DNA of 64,000 bases from Planctomycetota bacterium. Its GTDB lineage: Bacteria; Planctomycetota; UBA1135; JAKEFM01. Made by a program: the position numbers and the translations under genes. The stretch lies in assembly GCA_035695825.1 (NCBI GenBank), contig DASRRH010000009.1:23044-87043 (forward strand), written 5' to 3'. Shown here piece after piece: positions 45,406-54,512 of the stretch (positions are counted from its first letter, which is position 1; each line of letters starts with the position of its first letter). The notes beneath the pieces are model-generated. The model did not search any database. It was not told the origin of the DNA and saw only the letters and a program-made list of their open reading frames with translations.

Positions 45406-46251
45406 ATGACCCAGGGTTGCTCGATCCACGTCGGCCTGAACCGGGTCGACCCCCGACACTACGGCGGCTGGGACGGAGAGCTCGCGGGGTGCGAGAACGA
45501 CGCCCGCGACATGAAAAGGATCGCCCGCTCCCGAGGGTTCCGGACGCAGCTCCTCCTGACGAGGCGGGCGACCTCATCCGCCGTGACGGCGGCGATTGCG
45601 GAGGCGGCGGAGACGCTGCGCTCCGGGGACATCCTCTTCCTCACCTACTCCGGCCACGGGGGGCAGGTGCCCGACGAGAACGGAGACGAGTTCGAGGACC
45701 GGCGGGACGAGACCTGGGTCCTCTTCGACCGCGAGCTGGTCGACGACGAGCTCTACGCGCTCCTCGGCCGCTTCGAGCCGGGCGTCCGGGTCGCGGTCCT
45801 CTCGGACAGCTGCCACAGCGGCACGGTGACGAGGGCGCGGAGGATGGCGGAGCTGCGCGCTTCCGCGCCGATGGCGCGCGCGTTCGGGATCGACGGGGAG
45901 CGGAGGGTGAAGGCGCTCCCCCCCGACGTGCAGGAGAGGACCTGGCGGCGCCACCGGGCGCTCTACTCGCGCATCCAGAGGGCCCACCCCTCGGGGGAGC
46001 GGGCCGCGATCGGGGCGAGCGTGATCCTGATCTCGGGTTGCCAGGACAACCAGGAGTCGGCGGACGGAGACCGGAACGGCCTCTTCACCGAGAAGGTCCT
46101 CGAGGTCTGGAGCGCCGGGCGGTTCCGGGGCGGCTACCGGCGCCTCCACCGCGAGATCGGGACGCGGATGCCTCCGGTGCAGACCCCGAACTACTACCGG
46201 GTCGGGACGCCGAGTCCTTCGTTCGAACGGCAGAAGCCGTTCACGATCTAG
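45406..46251 (+). CDS. Caspase-family (peptidase C14, orthocaspase/metacaspase-like) cysteine protease, no signal peptide
   Basis: Catalytic His context ILFLTYSGHGGQ and catalytic Cys context VAVLSDSCHSGT. NDARDM near the N-terminus. The ATG at 45406 lies in a locally AT-richer leader. Confidence 0.9.
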   Translation: MTQGCSIHVGLNRVDPRHYGGWDGELAGCENDARDMKRIARSRGFRTQLLLTRRATSSAVTAAIAEAAETLRSGDILFLTYSGHGGQVPDENGDEFEDRRDETWVLFDRELVDDELYALLGRFEPGVRVAVLSDSCHSGTVTRARRMAELRASAPMARAFGIDGERRVKALPPDVQERTWRRHRALYSRIQRAHPSGERAAIGASVILISGCQDNQESADGDRNGLFTEKVLEVWSAGRFRGGYRRLHREIGTRMPPVQTPNYYRVGTPSPSFERQKPFTI

Positions 46252-46265
46252 GCCGGGGAGCCTCC

Positions 46266-49200
46266 ATGGACCGCTTTCACGTCCTCCCCCTTCCCGCCCC
46301 CCGCCGAGGGACGAAGCTCCCCGCGGGCGGGATCTACGGCCTCCACCGGCAAACCGGCCACTACGAGGTCGCGCAGGAAGCGGCCGAGCAGTTCGGCTTC
46401 ACCTCGCCCGCGGTCTCGATCCTCCGGGACGCCGCGCAGGATCCCGACTTCTACGAGTGGAGCGTCCCGGCGGCCCACGCGCAGACGCCCGACGAAGTGG
46501 ACCTCGGAAAGGTCCCCGACCGCTCCGAGGCGATCGAGGCCTCGCAGGAGGAGTTCCTCCGATGGGGATTGGGCAACGTCGAGCGGGCACGCGCGGCGCT
46601 CGCGCAGGGGGACCTCCGCGAGACCCTCTACTGGGTCGGCTACCTCCTCCACGGCGTCCAGGATCTCGCCCCCCACGCGGGGCGGACGAACGCGGAGCAC
46701 GCCTGGAACGACCCCAATCCCGACCTTGACGCGGGGTGCGTCGAGCTGGCGCGGAGCTATACGCTGGAGACCCTCCGGGCTCTGCGCGAGACCTTCGGGG
46801 CACAGAGCTTCGACGCGCTGCGCTCCTTCGACGGCGAGGGGAAGTTCTCGCGCGCGGAGAAGAAGGAGCGGCTGCATCCGGGCGGGTGGGACTTCTCGTT
46901 CGAGAGGTGGCGCGAGTACCACTCGAACGGGGAAGCCTACGGGGAGCTCGATCCCCCTCCGGCGCCCGTTCGCTGGCCCCGCGAGCGCGTGCTCGGGCGG
47001 CTCCTCGGGGGTTTCGCGGCGGCCGCGACGAAGGGGGAGGCGCGGCCTCGGCGCGAGGAGCCGGCGACCGGAGACCGATTCGTGCCCCTCGTCTCCCTCC
47101 CCTCTCCGAAGGAGCGGGCGAGCTGGACGCTCCTCGTCTACATGGCGGGGGACGATCTCTCGCCGGACGGGATCGAGTACGCCGTCGAGCAGGACCTGCG
47201 CGAGATGAAGGAAGCGGGGTCCACGGCGTCCGTCCACCTCCTCGCCCAGACGGACGAGGCGACGCGGCGCAACAGTTTCCGCTACCGGCTCCGCAAGGGG
47301 ACGGCGCTCGAGAGCGACCGCCTGGAGATCTTCCGCGGCGATCTCAACACGGGGCGCGTCTCGACCCTCGTCGACTTCGTCCGGTGGGGGAAGGAGAGGT
47401 TCCCCGCGGAGCGCTACGGCCTCGTTCTCTGGGGGCACGGCTCCGGTCACGACGACCGGGACGTCTACCGGCTCGCCCGGGGCTCGATCTCCCGGCGCCT
47501 CGCGACGCAGGTCGCGCGAAAGCGCCTCGGTTTCTTCCGCGGGACGCGCCGGACCCTCCTCGAGCGCGGAGGGCCGGCGCGTGGTTTCGGGTTCGACGAC
47601 ACGGCGGGGGACTTCCTCGACGGGACCGAGCTGCGGGCGGCGCTGCGCGAGATCGCCGCCCTCCTCGGCGCTCCGCTCGACCTGCTCGGCTTCGACGCAT
47701 GCCTGATGGGGATGGCGGAGGTCGCGTACCAGGCGCGCGAGAACGTCCGGGTGATGGTGGCGAGCCAGCTCCCGGAGCCGGGGGACGGCTGGCGGTACGA
47801 CCGAGCGCTCGCCCTCCTCCTCAAGAAGCCCGACCGCACGCCGGAGGCTCTCGCAAAGGGGCTCGTCCGGGAGTTCGACCGGGAGTACGGCGGGGCGCAG
47901 ACGCTGAGCGCCATCCAGGTCGACCGGATCGTGGGCCTGGCGGGGGAGCTGCGCGCCCTCTCTCCCCGCATCGCTCCCGAGGAGTTCCACCGCTGCCGCC
48001 GCGCCGCCCGCGACTGCGGCCCGGAGGGGCGGGACGGGTACCGGGACCTCGGGGGGTTCCTCGCCGCGCTCGGCGCCCCGGCGGCCGCGGCTTCCGCGGC
48101 CCTCGGCCGCGCCGTGGTCGAGACCTGCGGGGGGACGAGCGGCCTCTCGATCTACCTCCCGGGCGACTACCGGCCGGAGGAGCCGGGCGGGACGGACGAG
48201 ATCTACGAGGGCCTCGACTTCCCGCACGAGGGGGGCTGGGCCGGGCTCCTTCGCCGGATCTACGCGCCTCCCTCGGAGCGCGTTCCCGGCCGCGGCGTCC
48301 CCCGAAGCTCGGCCGAGCTCGCGGGCGTCGCCTTCCTCCACGCCCTCGACCGACACCACGTCGGAGCGGCCGCCCGGGCGGTCCTTGAGCAGGACGGCGA
48401 TCCCTCGAAGGCGCGAGAGGCGGACCGGGCGCTCCGGGCCCGCGCCTCCCCCGCGCGCGACCTCCTTCGCGTTTCCACGATCCGCCCCTCCCGCGGCGCG
48501 GTCGGAGAGGCGCTCCGCAGGATGTGGGAGTCCGCCGGCCGATGGTTCGACGAGGACGGCGATCCGCGCGAGGACCCCGACGTCCGGGTGCTCCTCCTCC
48601 CCGGCGGCATGGGCTCGCTCCTCTCCGATCGGGCGGGCGGGCATGGCCTCGTCTGGATCGACCCGATCGGTCTCCTCGCCGGGGAGGACTTCGAGACCCT
48701 CCGCCTGCAGCCCGACGGGGAGACCGACGCGGACGGCGGAGTGAGGCTCGAGGCGATCGGCCCGGTGCCGGTCCTCTACGACCGCCTCGCCCTGGCCCTG
48801 ACGGCGGAGTTTGGTCCAGTCGTCGAGCAGGTGGGCTACGACTGGCGAAAGCCCCTCGAGCGCCGCGCCCTCGATCTCGCGAGGAGGATCGAGCGCATCC
48901 TCGCCGCGTCCCCCCGTCGCCGCGTCGCGCTGGTCGCCCACTCGGCGGGGGGGCTCGTCGCCGCGGAGGCGGCCGGGAAGCTCGATCCAAAGCTGCGTCC
49001 ACGCGTGCTCGGCCTCGTCGCGATGGGGGCTCCCTGGCGCGGGATGGCCCGGGCCGGGCTCTACTTCCGCGGAGAAGGGGACCAGGCCGATCTATTCTCG
49101 AGGCTCACCGGGCGGGAGCCCGCCGAAGTCGCCGCCGTCGTCCAGACCTTCGCGGGCCTCGTCGACCTGCTTCCCCCGGACTCCCCCGACCTCTTCGAGC

Positions 49201-49676
49201 CGAGGTTCTATGCGCCGGGCCCCCTCTCGACGTGGCCGGAGGCCGGGGCGCGGCTCGCAAGGGCGAGGACGAAGGAGTGGAGGTGGCCCGAGCCGACCGT
49301 CGCGATCGTCGACGACAGCCACTCGACCCTCACGCGCGTCGTCGCGACGGACGGCTCCTGGGAAGGGGAGGAAGGTCCCGGCGACGGGAGCGTCCCGGTC
49401 GCGAGCGCGACGGCGGGGGGGGACATCCCGAGCGTGCGGGTGCGCGCGGGCCACGTCTCCCTCCCCTTCGACGGGGATGCGATCCGCGCGACGGTCGAGC
49501 AGATCGGGCGCTGGGTCCACGGCTCCTCGTACACATTCGCGGGTCCGCTTCCCGGAGCGGGAGCCGAGGACCTGCGCGCCTCCGCCTCGCGCCGCGAACT
49601 CCTGGCGAGGCTCGAGGAGCCGGAGGTCCGGCCCCTTTCCGTGGCGGACTTCGCGGCCCTCGCTTGGCTCCTGTGA
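46266..49676 (+). CDS. 1136-aa fusion: Zn-dependent phospholipase-C-like domain + clostripain-type (C11) cysteine protease + LCAT/PGAP1-like alpha/beta-hydrolase lipase; no signal peptide
   Basis: N-terminus: AAQDPDFYEW...AHAQTP...LYWVGYLLHGVQDLAPHAGRTN (compare the PLC pattern FYLGxSLHYLGDxxQPMHxxN). Middle: WTLLVYMAGDDL...LVLWGHGSGH...LGFDACLMGMAEV...SQLPEPGDGWRYD (C11 His/Cys dyad contexts). C-terminus: LLLPGGMGS...GYDWRKP...LVAHSAGGLVA...GAPWRG...GDGSVPV...AGHVSL (LCAT-type Ser/Asp/His contexts). RBS GGGGAG before the ATG at 46266. Confidence 0.85.
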   Translation: MDRFHVLPLPAPRRGTKLPAGGIYGLHRQTGHYEVAQEAAEQFGFTSPAVSILRDAAQDPDFYEWSVPAAHAQTPDEVDLGKVPDRSEAIEASQEEFLRWGLGNVERARAALAQGDLRETLYWVGYLLHGVQDLAPHAGRTNAEHAWNDPNPDLDAGCVELARSYTLETLRALRETFGAQSFDALRSFDGEGKFSRAEKKERLHPGGWDFSFERWREYHSNGEAYGELDPPPAPVRWPRERVLGRLLGGFAAAATKGEARPRREEPATGDRFVPLVSLPSPKERASWTLLVYMAGDDLSPDGIEYAVEQDLREMKEAGSTASVHLLAQTDEATRRNSFRYRLRKGTALESDRLEIFRGDLNTGRVSTLVDFVRWGKERFPAERYGLVLWGHGSGHDDRDVYRLARGSISRRLATQVARKRLGFFRGTRRTLLERGGPARGFGFDDTAGDFLDGTELRAALREIAALLGAPLDLLGFDACLMGMAEVAYQARENVRVMVASQLPEPGDGWRYDRALALLLKKPDRTPEALAKGLVREFDREYGGAQTLSAIQVDRIVGLAGELRALSPRIAPEEFHRCRRAARDCGPEGRDGYRDLGGFLAALGAPAAAASAALGRAVVETCGGTSGLSIYLPGDYRPEEPGGTDEIYEGLDFPHEGGWAGLLRRIYAPPSERVPGRGVPRSSAELAGVAFLHALDRHHVGAAARAVLEQDGDPSKAREADRALRARASPARDLLRVSTIRPSRGAVGEALRRMWESAGRWFDEDGDPREDPDVRVLLLPGGMGSLLSDRAGGHGLVWIDPIGLLAGEDFETLRLQPDGETDADGGVRLEAIGPVPVLYDRLALALTAEFGPVVEQVGYDWRKPLERRALDLARRIERILAASPRRRVALVAHSAGGLVAAEAAGKLDPKLRPRVLGLVAMGAPWRGMARAGLYFRGEGDQADLFSRLTGREPAEVAAVVQTFAGLVDLLPPDSPDLFEPRFYAPGPLSTWPEAGARLARARTKEWRWPEPTVAIVDDSHSTLTRVVATDGSWEGEEGPGDGSVPVASATAGGDIPSVRVRAGHVSLPFDGDAIRATVEQIGRWVHGSSYTFAGPLPGAGAEDLRASASRRELLARLEEPEVRPLSVADFAALAWLL

Positions 49677-49834
49677 AGGATGGGGGTGTTGGGTCTCTTT
49701 TACATTCGAGGCTCGCGCCCCCTCGAGGATCGCGATCGATGACCAGGTGAGAGGAACGCCCCTCTTCCGGCATCGGGGCGCGGGCAATCGCCCCGGGCCG
49801 GGTAGGGAGGCGTCTGCTTCGAGGAGGAGATCCC

Positions 49835-52800
49835 ATGCCGGACTCTGAGTCGTCTCAGGCCAGGGACGCGGTCTCTCGGTTCTGGCCGCCGGTCACCGCT
49901 CTGCTGCTCCTCGCGCTCGGCATCTTCCATCCCCGCGCACCTCTCAAGACCGCTCGCCCAGACGTGGCGAATCCGTTCGCGAGCGCCACGGAGCCCGGCA
50001 CGATCCCAGCCAGGCTTTGGGAGGACCCGCTCGAAGCGGTCTCTCGCTCCCCCCGGGTCGAATCCCCGGCTCCCGCCCCGGACCAGGCGGCGACGACCGA
50101 AGGGAGCGAACCCCTCCTTCCCGGCCTCGACGGGGTTCCCAAGGGATCGCGGCTCCTCTTGCCCGTCTTGCTCCCCGGCGGGCCCCATGCGGAGGACCGG
50201 GAGACCCGCCTCCGAACGCGCAGGGCGGTCCTCATGGCCCTCGCCGCCGAGGGATACGTTCCGGAGCAGAGCGACAGGCTGAGGTACCTGGTCGTCCGCG
50301 ACCCGCTGCCGAGGGTCCCCTACGAACTCCTCGTGCTCGATCCGGGTAGCGGGGACGAAGAACATCACCCTTTTCTCCGCTACGACCTCGTCGTCCTCTG
50401 CTGGATCGACGAAGCGCGCCTGCTTCTTCCCTTTGGCGAAAAGCGGACCACGCCCAACCTTCTGGGCGCGCTGAGCGAGATCGTCGCCAAGTTCTGCAGG
50501 GGGATTCGATCCGCCTCCAAGGATCCCGAATCCGTGGCGCCCGCGGTCCGCGCCATCGGCCCCACCGACTCCGCGGGACTCGTCTCCCTCCTCGCGGCCG
50601 ACCCGAAGGGGCCGGCCTTCCCTGAAGGGACGGAACTCCACTCCCCCTGGGCCACGATCGACGACGGCACGATTCGGGGGAAGGGCGACAAGCACCCGTC
50701 GCTTGTCGGTCAGCCGCCCGGGCCCCTGCGCCTCGCCGAATGGCGCCTCACCGTCCACCGGACGATTCAGACGGACGACAAGGTCGTCGGCGCTCTCCTG
50801 GCGGAGCTCGACCTCCGACGCGCGATCCCCACGACCTGCGACCGCCGCATGATCCTCCTCTACGAGTGGGACACCGGCTACGGACGGGCGCTGAAGGATC
50901 TCTTCTGGGAGGCCTTCGAGGTGGACCTGCATCTGGGGCCCTCCCGTCGTCCGTGGCTGCCCCGCTGCCGGTGCTGCAGCGCGCGCCAGTTCGCGTGCTG
51001 CGAGGCTCCGACGGCGGGAGGATGCTGCCCCCACCTGCGCGTCATCGGCTACATGCGCGGGCTGGACGGCATGGTCTCGGGCGGACGCGGTCCGGACGAG
51101 GAGGCCGCGGGGCGGGAGGAAGGATCCCGCGCGAGCGGGTCCGTCAATCCCTCGGAGGAACCCTTCGGCCGCTCCCAGCTCGACTACGCTCGGCGCCTCG
51201 CCTCTCGATTGGGGGCGGAGGAGACATCCCGGCCCGGCGGCACGCGGATCGCCTCGATCGGGATCCTCGGCACCGACGTCTACGACAAGCTCCTGCTCCT
51301 CCGGGCGTTGCGACCGGCGTTTCCCCAAGCGCTCTTCTTCACCACGGATCTCGATGCGCGGCTCCTCGATCCCGACGAGCAGGACTTCGCTCGGAACCTG
51401 ATCGTCGCTTCCGCGAACGGGATCGCCCCTGACGACGAGGAGCACCGCGTGGCTCCCTCGTTCCGCGACTCCTACCAGACGAGCGTCTACCGCACCTGCC
51501 GCGGCATCCTGAGGGGTTCGCCCGAAGATCTCGGTCCTCCGGTCGTGTTCGAAGTCGGGAGGACCGACGCGAACAGGCTCCGCGCGGGGACATGGTCGGC
51601 GGATTCCGCCTCGGCTCGAAAGCCTCATCCAAACAGCAGGCGGGGCACGCTCGGGTTGGCCGTCCTCGTCGGGCTCCTCGGTCTCGTGGCGGGCATCGCC
51701 TGGCTTCGACCCCCCCTGCTTCGCTGGTTCCGGGCACTGCCGATCGAGACGCGACGGCGGACGCTGCGGGGGATCGGCATCGCGGCCGTCTTCGTCGCCG
51801 CCCTCGCCGCTTGCATCCTCTACGACATCCACCGACCGGGGGGGGAGCCTTTTGCCCTGTGGGAAGGGATCAGCGCGTGGCCCACCGAGATCCTCCGCGC
51901 CCTCGTGATTCTTCTCGGGGCCGGGCTGTTGCTCCAGGCGGAAGCCCAGCTCGCTTCCAACGCTCGAGACATCGAGGAGACCTACCACTTCGAGAGGGGA
52001 GAAGGGTCGGCGGGGAAGGGCCCCTCGGCGGGGTCCGGGAGAGGCTCGCGCGGCGAGCCGGACGACAGCGATTCGAACCCTGGCGCGACCGGGGGAGCCA
52101 GTCGCGGCTCCCGGAAGGGCTTGTGGGCCCGTCTCGAATCCCTGGCCCCCCTCGCCTGGCCACTGACAGACCCGATCCCGGACGCGCGGGGCACGTGGGC
52201 CGCCTACCGCGAGCACAACCGGCTGGAGAAACGGTGGTGGAGGATTGTCAGGTTTGTCTTCCTCCTCCTCGTCCCCGGCTGCCTCGCCTTCCTCCTCTTC
52301 AGCTGGCCGACGAGGCCCGTCCGGGGCTTCCTCTGCTCCGTCGCGGACCTCTTCTTGGAAGGAGGAGCCTTCCTCGCGACCGCCGTGGTCACGCTCGCCG
52401 TCCTCGATCGATCCCTCGCGGCCCGGAGGTTCGTCCGGGCGCTCACGGCGCCGGGAATCGGATGGGACGCGGAAGCATTGGGCCGCTTCCCGACGAAGGA
52501 AGGCAAAGGGATCGAGGAGGTCGGCGAGTGGCTGGACGTCGAGGTCATCGCGAAGAGGACCGAGTCCGTCGAGCGCACCGTGTACGGCCCCTTCGTGCTG
52601 GTCCCCCTCCTCTGGATCTCCCGGGACTCCCACTTCGACAACTGGGGCTGGCCCGTCCCGTTCCTGGTCGTGGGGATCGCCCTGCTCCTCGCCGCGGTGG
52701 TCTCCATCGCGCTGGTTCGCCGCTCCGCCGAGCGAGCGAGAGCCAGCGCCCTGGAGCGCCTCGAAGCGAAGATCGAGGAGGCGCGCGGCAAGGGCGGCCA

Positions 52801-52954
52801 GGATCGCGTCGACCTCCTCGCGCGCCTCGCGGAGAGAGTCCGCAGCGAGCGGCGGGGCGCGTTCAGCCCATTCCTCGACAATCCCGTGCCCCGCGCTCTC
52901 CTCATCCCCTTCGGCGGACTCGGGTCGTGGACATTCCTGCAATCGATCCTGTGA
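49835..52954 (+). CDS. Orphan 1039-aa polytopic membrane protein (N-terminal anchor, large soluble domain, about 7 further TM helices, coiled-coil tail)
   Basis: Strong RBS GAGGAGGAG 5 nt before the ATG. TM segments FWPPVTALLLLALGIF, LGLAVLVGLLGLVAGIAWL, GIAAVFVAALAACILY, ILRALVILLGAGLLL, IVRFVFLLLVPGCLAFLLF, FLVVGIALLLAAVVSIALV. No family recognised. Confidence 0.75.
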   Translation: MPDSESSQARDAVSRFWPPVTALLLLALGIFHPRAPLKTARPDVANPFASATEPGTIPARLWEDPLEAVSRSPRVESPAPAPDQAATTEGSEPLLPGLDGVPKGSRLLLPVLLPGGPHAEDRETRLRTRRAVLMALAAEGYVPEQSDRLRYLVVRDPLPRVPYELLVLDPGSGDEEHHPFLRYDLVVLCWIDEARLLLPFGEKRTTPNLLGALSEIVAKFCRGIRSASKDPESVAPAVRAIGPTDSAGLVSLLAADPKGPAFPEGTELHSPWATIDDGTIRGKGDKHPSLVGQPPGPLRLAEWRLTVHRTIQTDDKVVGALLAELDLRRAIPTTCDRRMILLYEWDTGYGRALKDLFWEAFEVDLHLGPSRRPWLPRCRCCSARQFACCEAPTAGGCCPHLRVIGYMRGLDGMVSGGRGPDEEAAGREEGSRASGSVNPSEEPFGRSQLDYARRLASRLGAEETSRPGGTRIASIGILGTDVYDKLLLLRALRPAFPQALFFTTDLDARLLDPDEQDFARNLIVASANGIAPDDEEHRVAPSFRDSYQTSVYRTCRGILRGSPEDLGPPVVFEVGRTDANRLRAGTWSADSASARKPHPNSRRGTLGLAVLVGLLGLVAGIAWLRPPLLRWFRALPIETRRRTLRGIGIAAVFVAALAACILYDIHRPGGEPFALWEGISAWPTEILRALVILLGAGLLLQAEAQLASNARDIEETYHFERGEGSAGKGPSAGSGRGSRGEPDDSDSNPGATGGASRGSRKGLWARLESLAPLAWPLTDPIPDARGTWAAYREHNRLEKRWWRIVRFVFLLLVPGCLAFLLFSWPTRPVRGFLCSVADLFLEGGAFLATAVVTLAVLDRSLAARRFVRALTAPGIGWDAEALGRFPTKEGKGIEEVGEWLDVEVIAKRTESVERTVYGPFVLVPLLWISRDSHFDNWGWPVPFLVVGIALLLAAVVSIALVRRSAERARASALERLEAKIEEARGKGGQDRVDLLARLAERVRSERRGAFSPFLDNPVPRALLIPFGGLGSWTFLQSIL

Positions 52955-53089
52955 GCGAGGGCTGCGGGGGTCTCCCTCGAGATGGCAAGGCCAGGTCCAT
53001 CCACCCGCCACGGAACCCGAGAGGAGGGGCCGGCGCGGGAATCCGCCGCAGGTCTCGAGGCTTGCGCGGGCCTCCCCGCGGGTCGCCCG

Positions 53090-54373
53090 TCAGCTACCCT
53101 TCTTCTTCTCGTAGGCGCGGAGCTCGGAGAGCAACCACTGGATGCGGGGGGACGCGCTGGGATCCTGTCCGTATCGCTGCCAGGCGTCCTCGACGGCCCT
53201 CAGGACTTGATAGAAGTTCGCATCGAGAGGGCGACCGGGGTTGGAGGTGACCATCTGACTCACCGCCCACATGTAGGACTGCGCAAGGGTGGTGTCGGAC
53301 TGCCCGACCGCGGAGTCCAGCAGGGACTGGGTGATCCGGAGCCGCGCTTCGTCGGAGAGCCCTTTCAGATTCGCGATGCCCCACGCGAGGGTCCCGGCTT
53401 GCGCCTGGTCGGGGGTCCGGGTCAGGTTGCTGACCAGAACGTCGCCGAGTAGATCATGCTCCCCCTGCGGGCGAAGGGAAGCGGCCCACGCCAGGGACCC
53501 GGTCTTCTGGAGGACGGCGTTCTTCTCGGTTTCGGCCAGGACCGGATCGCGCAAAGCCTTCAGGATGGAGTCGAACCCCTCGCCCAGCTTCTCGCGGAGG
53601 GCGTCGCCATGCTCGGGGGAGAGCTGGGCCAGGACCCAAGCAGCATTCCCCGCCCCCTCGGGATCCGAGAGGGGATCCGCCACGTAGGCCGCCAGCGGAT
53701 CGAGCGCGCCGATCCCGAGAGCGACGAGGGCCTCGGAGACCGACGCCGCCCGCTCGGGGTCGAGCCTCGAATCCTTCAGCGCCCCGATGAAGAACTCCGC
53801 CACCTCTCGCTCGAGGGACGGTCGCTTCCCGGCGAGCTTCGCGAGCATGCCCGCCAGCCGCGCGAGGGCCTCTGGATCCCTCGACGCACGAAAGGCGCCC
53901 ATGACGGACGGCGCGATGTCGAGCGAGGATCGGAGCAGTCCTTCCTCGAGCAGGGAGAGGAGGATGGGATCGGTCGCGGCGAGCAGCGCCTCGAGGAGAA
54001 CTCCGTTCGCCTCGAGAGTCTTCGCCTGGAGCAGGAGCTCGATCGCTCGAATCTGATCGAACCGGCTGGAGGAGGAGAGGAGCCGGCGCAGATCTTCGAG
54101 GGAGAGGGACTCGTCCCCTTTGCCCGGAACCTCCGTGCGAGCAGCGGCGAAGTCCGCTCCTCGGGTCCCCTCCGTCCCCGGGATCCCGAGGCCCGTCGCG
54201 GTCTCCTCCGCAGCATGCGCCGCAGGGCGCGGCCTCGCCGAATCCCCCTCGACCGTGTCGCTTCTGCGCCCCAGCACGAGCACCGCGCCGAGTCCGAGAG
54301 AGACCCCGGCCAAGGCGCCCATGAGAAGGGAGGGCCCGTGGACTCCCGAGATCGGCTTTCTGAGGATGTCCAT
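53090..54373 (-). CDS. Membrane-anchored HEAT/armadillo-like repeat protein
   Basis: TM LLMGALAGVSLGLGAVLVLG followed by alpha-helical repeats (IRAIELLLQAK, LLEALLAATDP, ALARLAGMLAKLAG, ALVALGIGALDPL). Confidence 0.65.
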   Translation of the reverse strand: MDILRKPISGVHGPSLLMGALAGVSLGLGAVLVLGRRSDTVEGDSARPRPAAHAAEETATGLGIPGTEGTRGADFAAARTEVPGKGDESLSLEDLRRLLSSSSRFDQIRAIELLLQAKTLEANGVLLEALLAATDPILLSLLEEGLLRSSLDIAPSVMGAFRASRDPEALARLAGMLAKLAGKRPSLEREVAEFFIGALKDSRLDPERAASVSEALVALGIGALDPLAAYVADPLSDPEGAGNAAWVLAQLSPEHGDALREKLGEGFDSILKALRDPVLAETEKNAVLQKTGSLAWAASLRPQGEHDLLGDVLVSNLTRTPDQAQAGTLAWGIANLKGLSDEARLRITQSLLDSAVGQSDTTLAQSYMWAVSQMVTSNPGRPLDANFYQVLRAVEDAWQRYGQDPSASPRIQWLLSELRAYEKKKGS

Positions 54374-54512
54374 TGCTGCAAGCCCGACGGGAGCGGAGAG
54401 AATAGTCCTCGCTCCCGAGCCGGGCCAGTGGGGCGCACCCAGTAGGTTTCGCGCCGCCCGCCGGCCCGAAACCTCGATCGTCGCTATTCGGGGCGCGAGC
54501 GCGGTTCCCCGG

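Noticed and set aside
46248-53011. 897-aa (46248..48941) and 1103-aa (49700..53011) minus-strand ORFs, plus several 300-550-aa alternates.
   Set aside because: They are antisense to the C11/lipase fusion and to the membrane protein. Their composition is dominated by R, G, P and E, with no TM segments or motifs.
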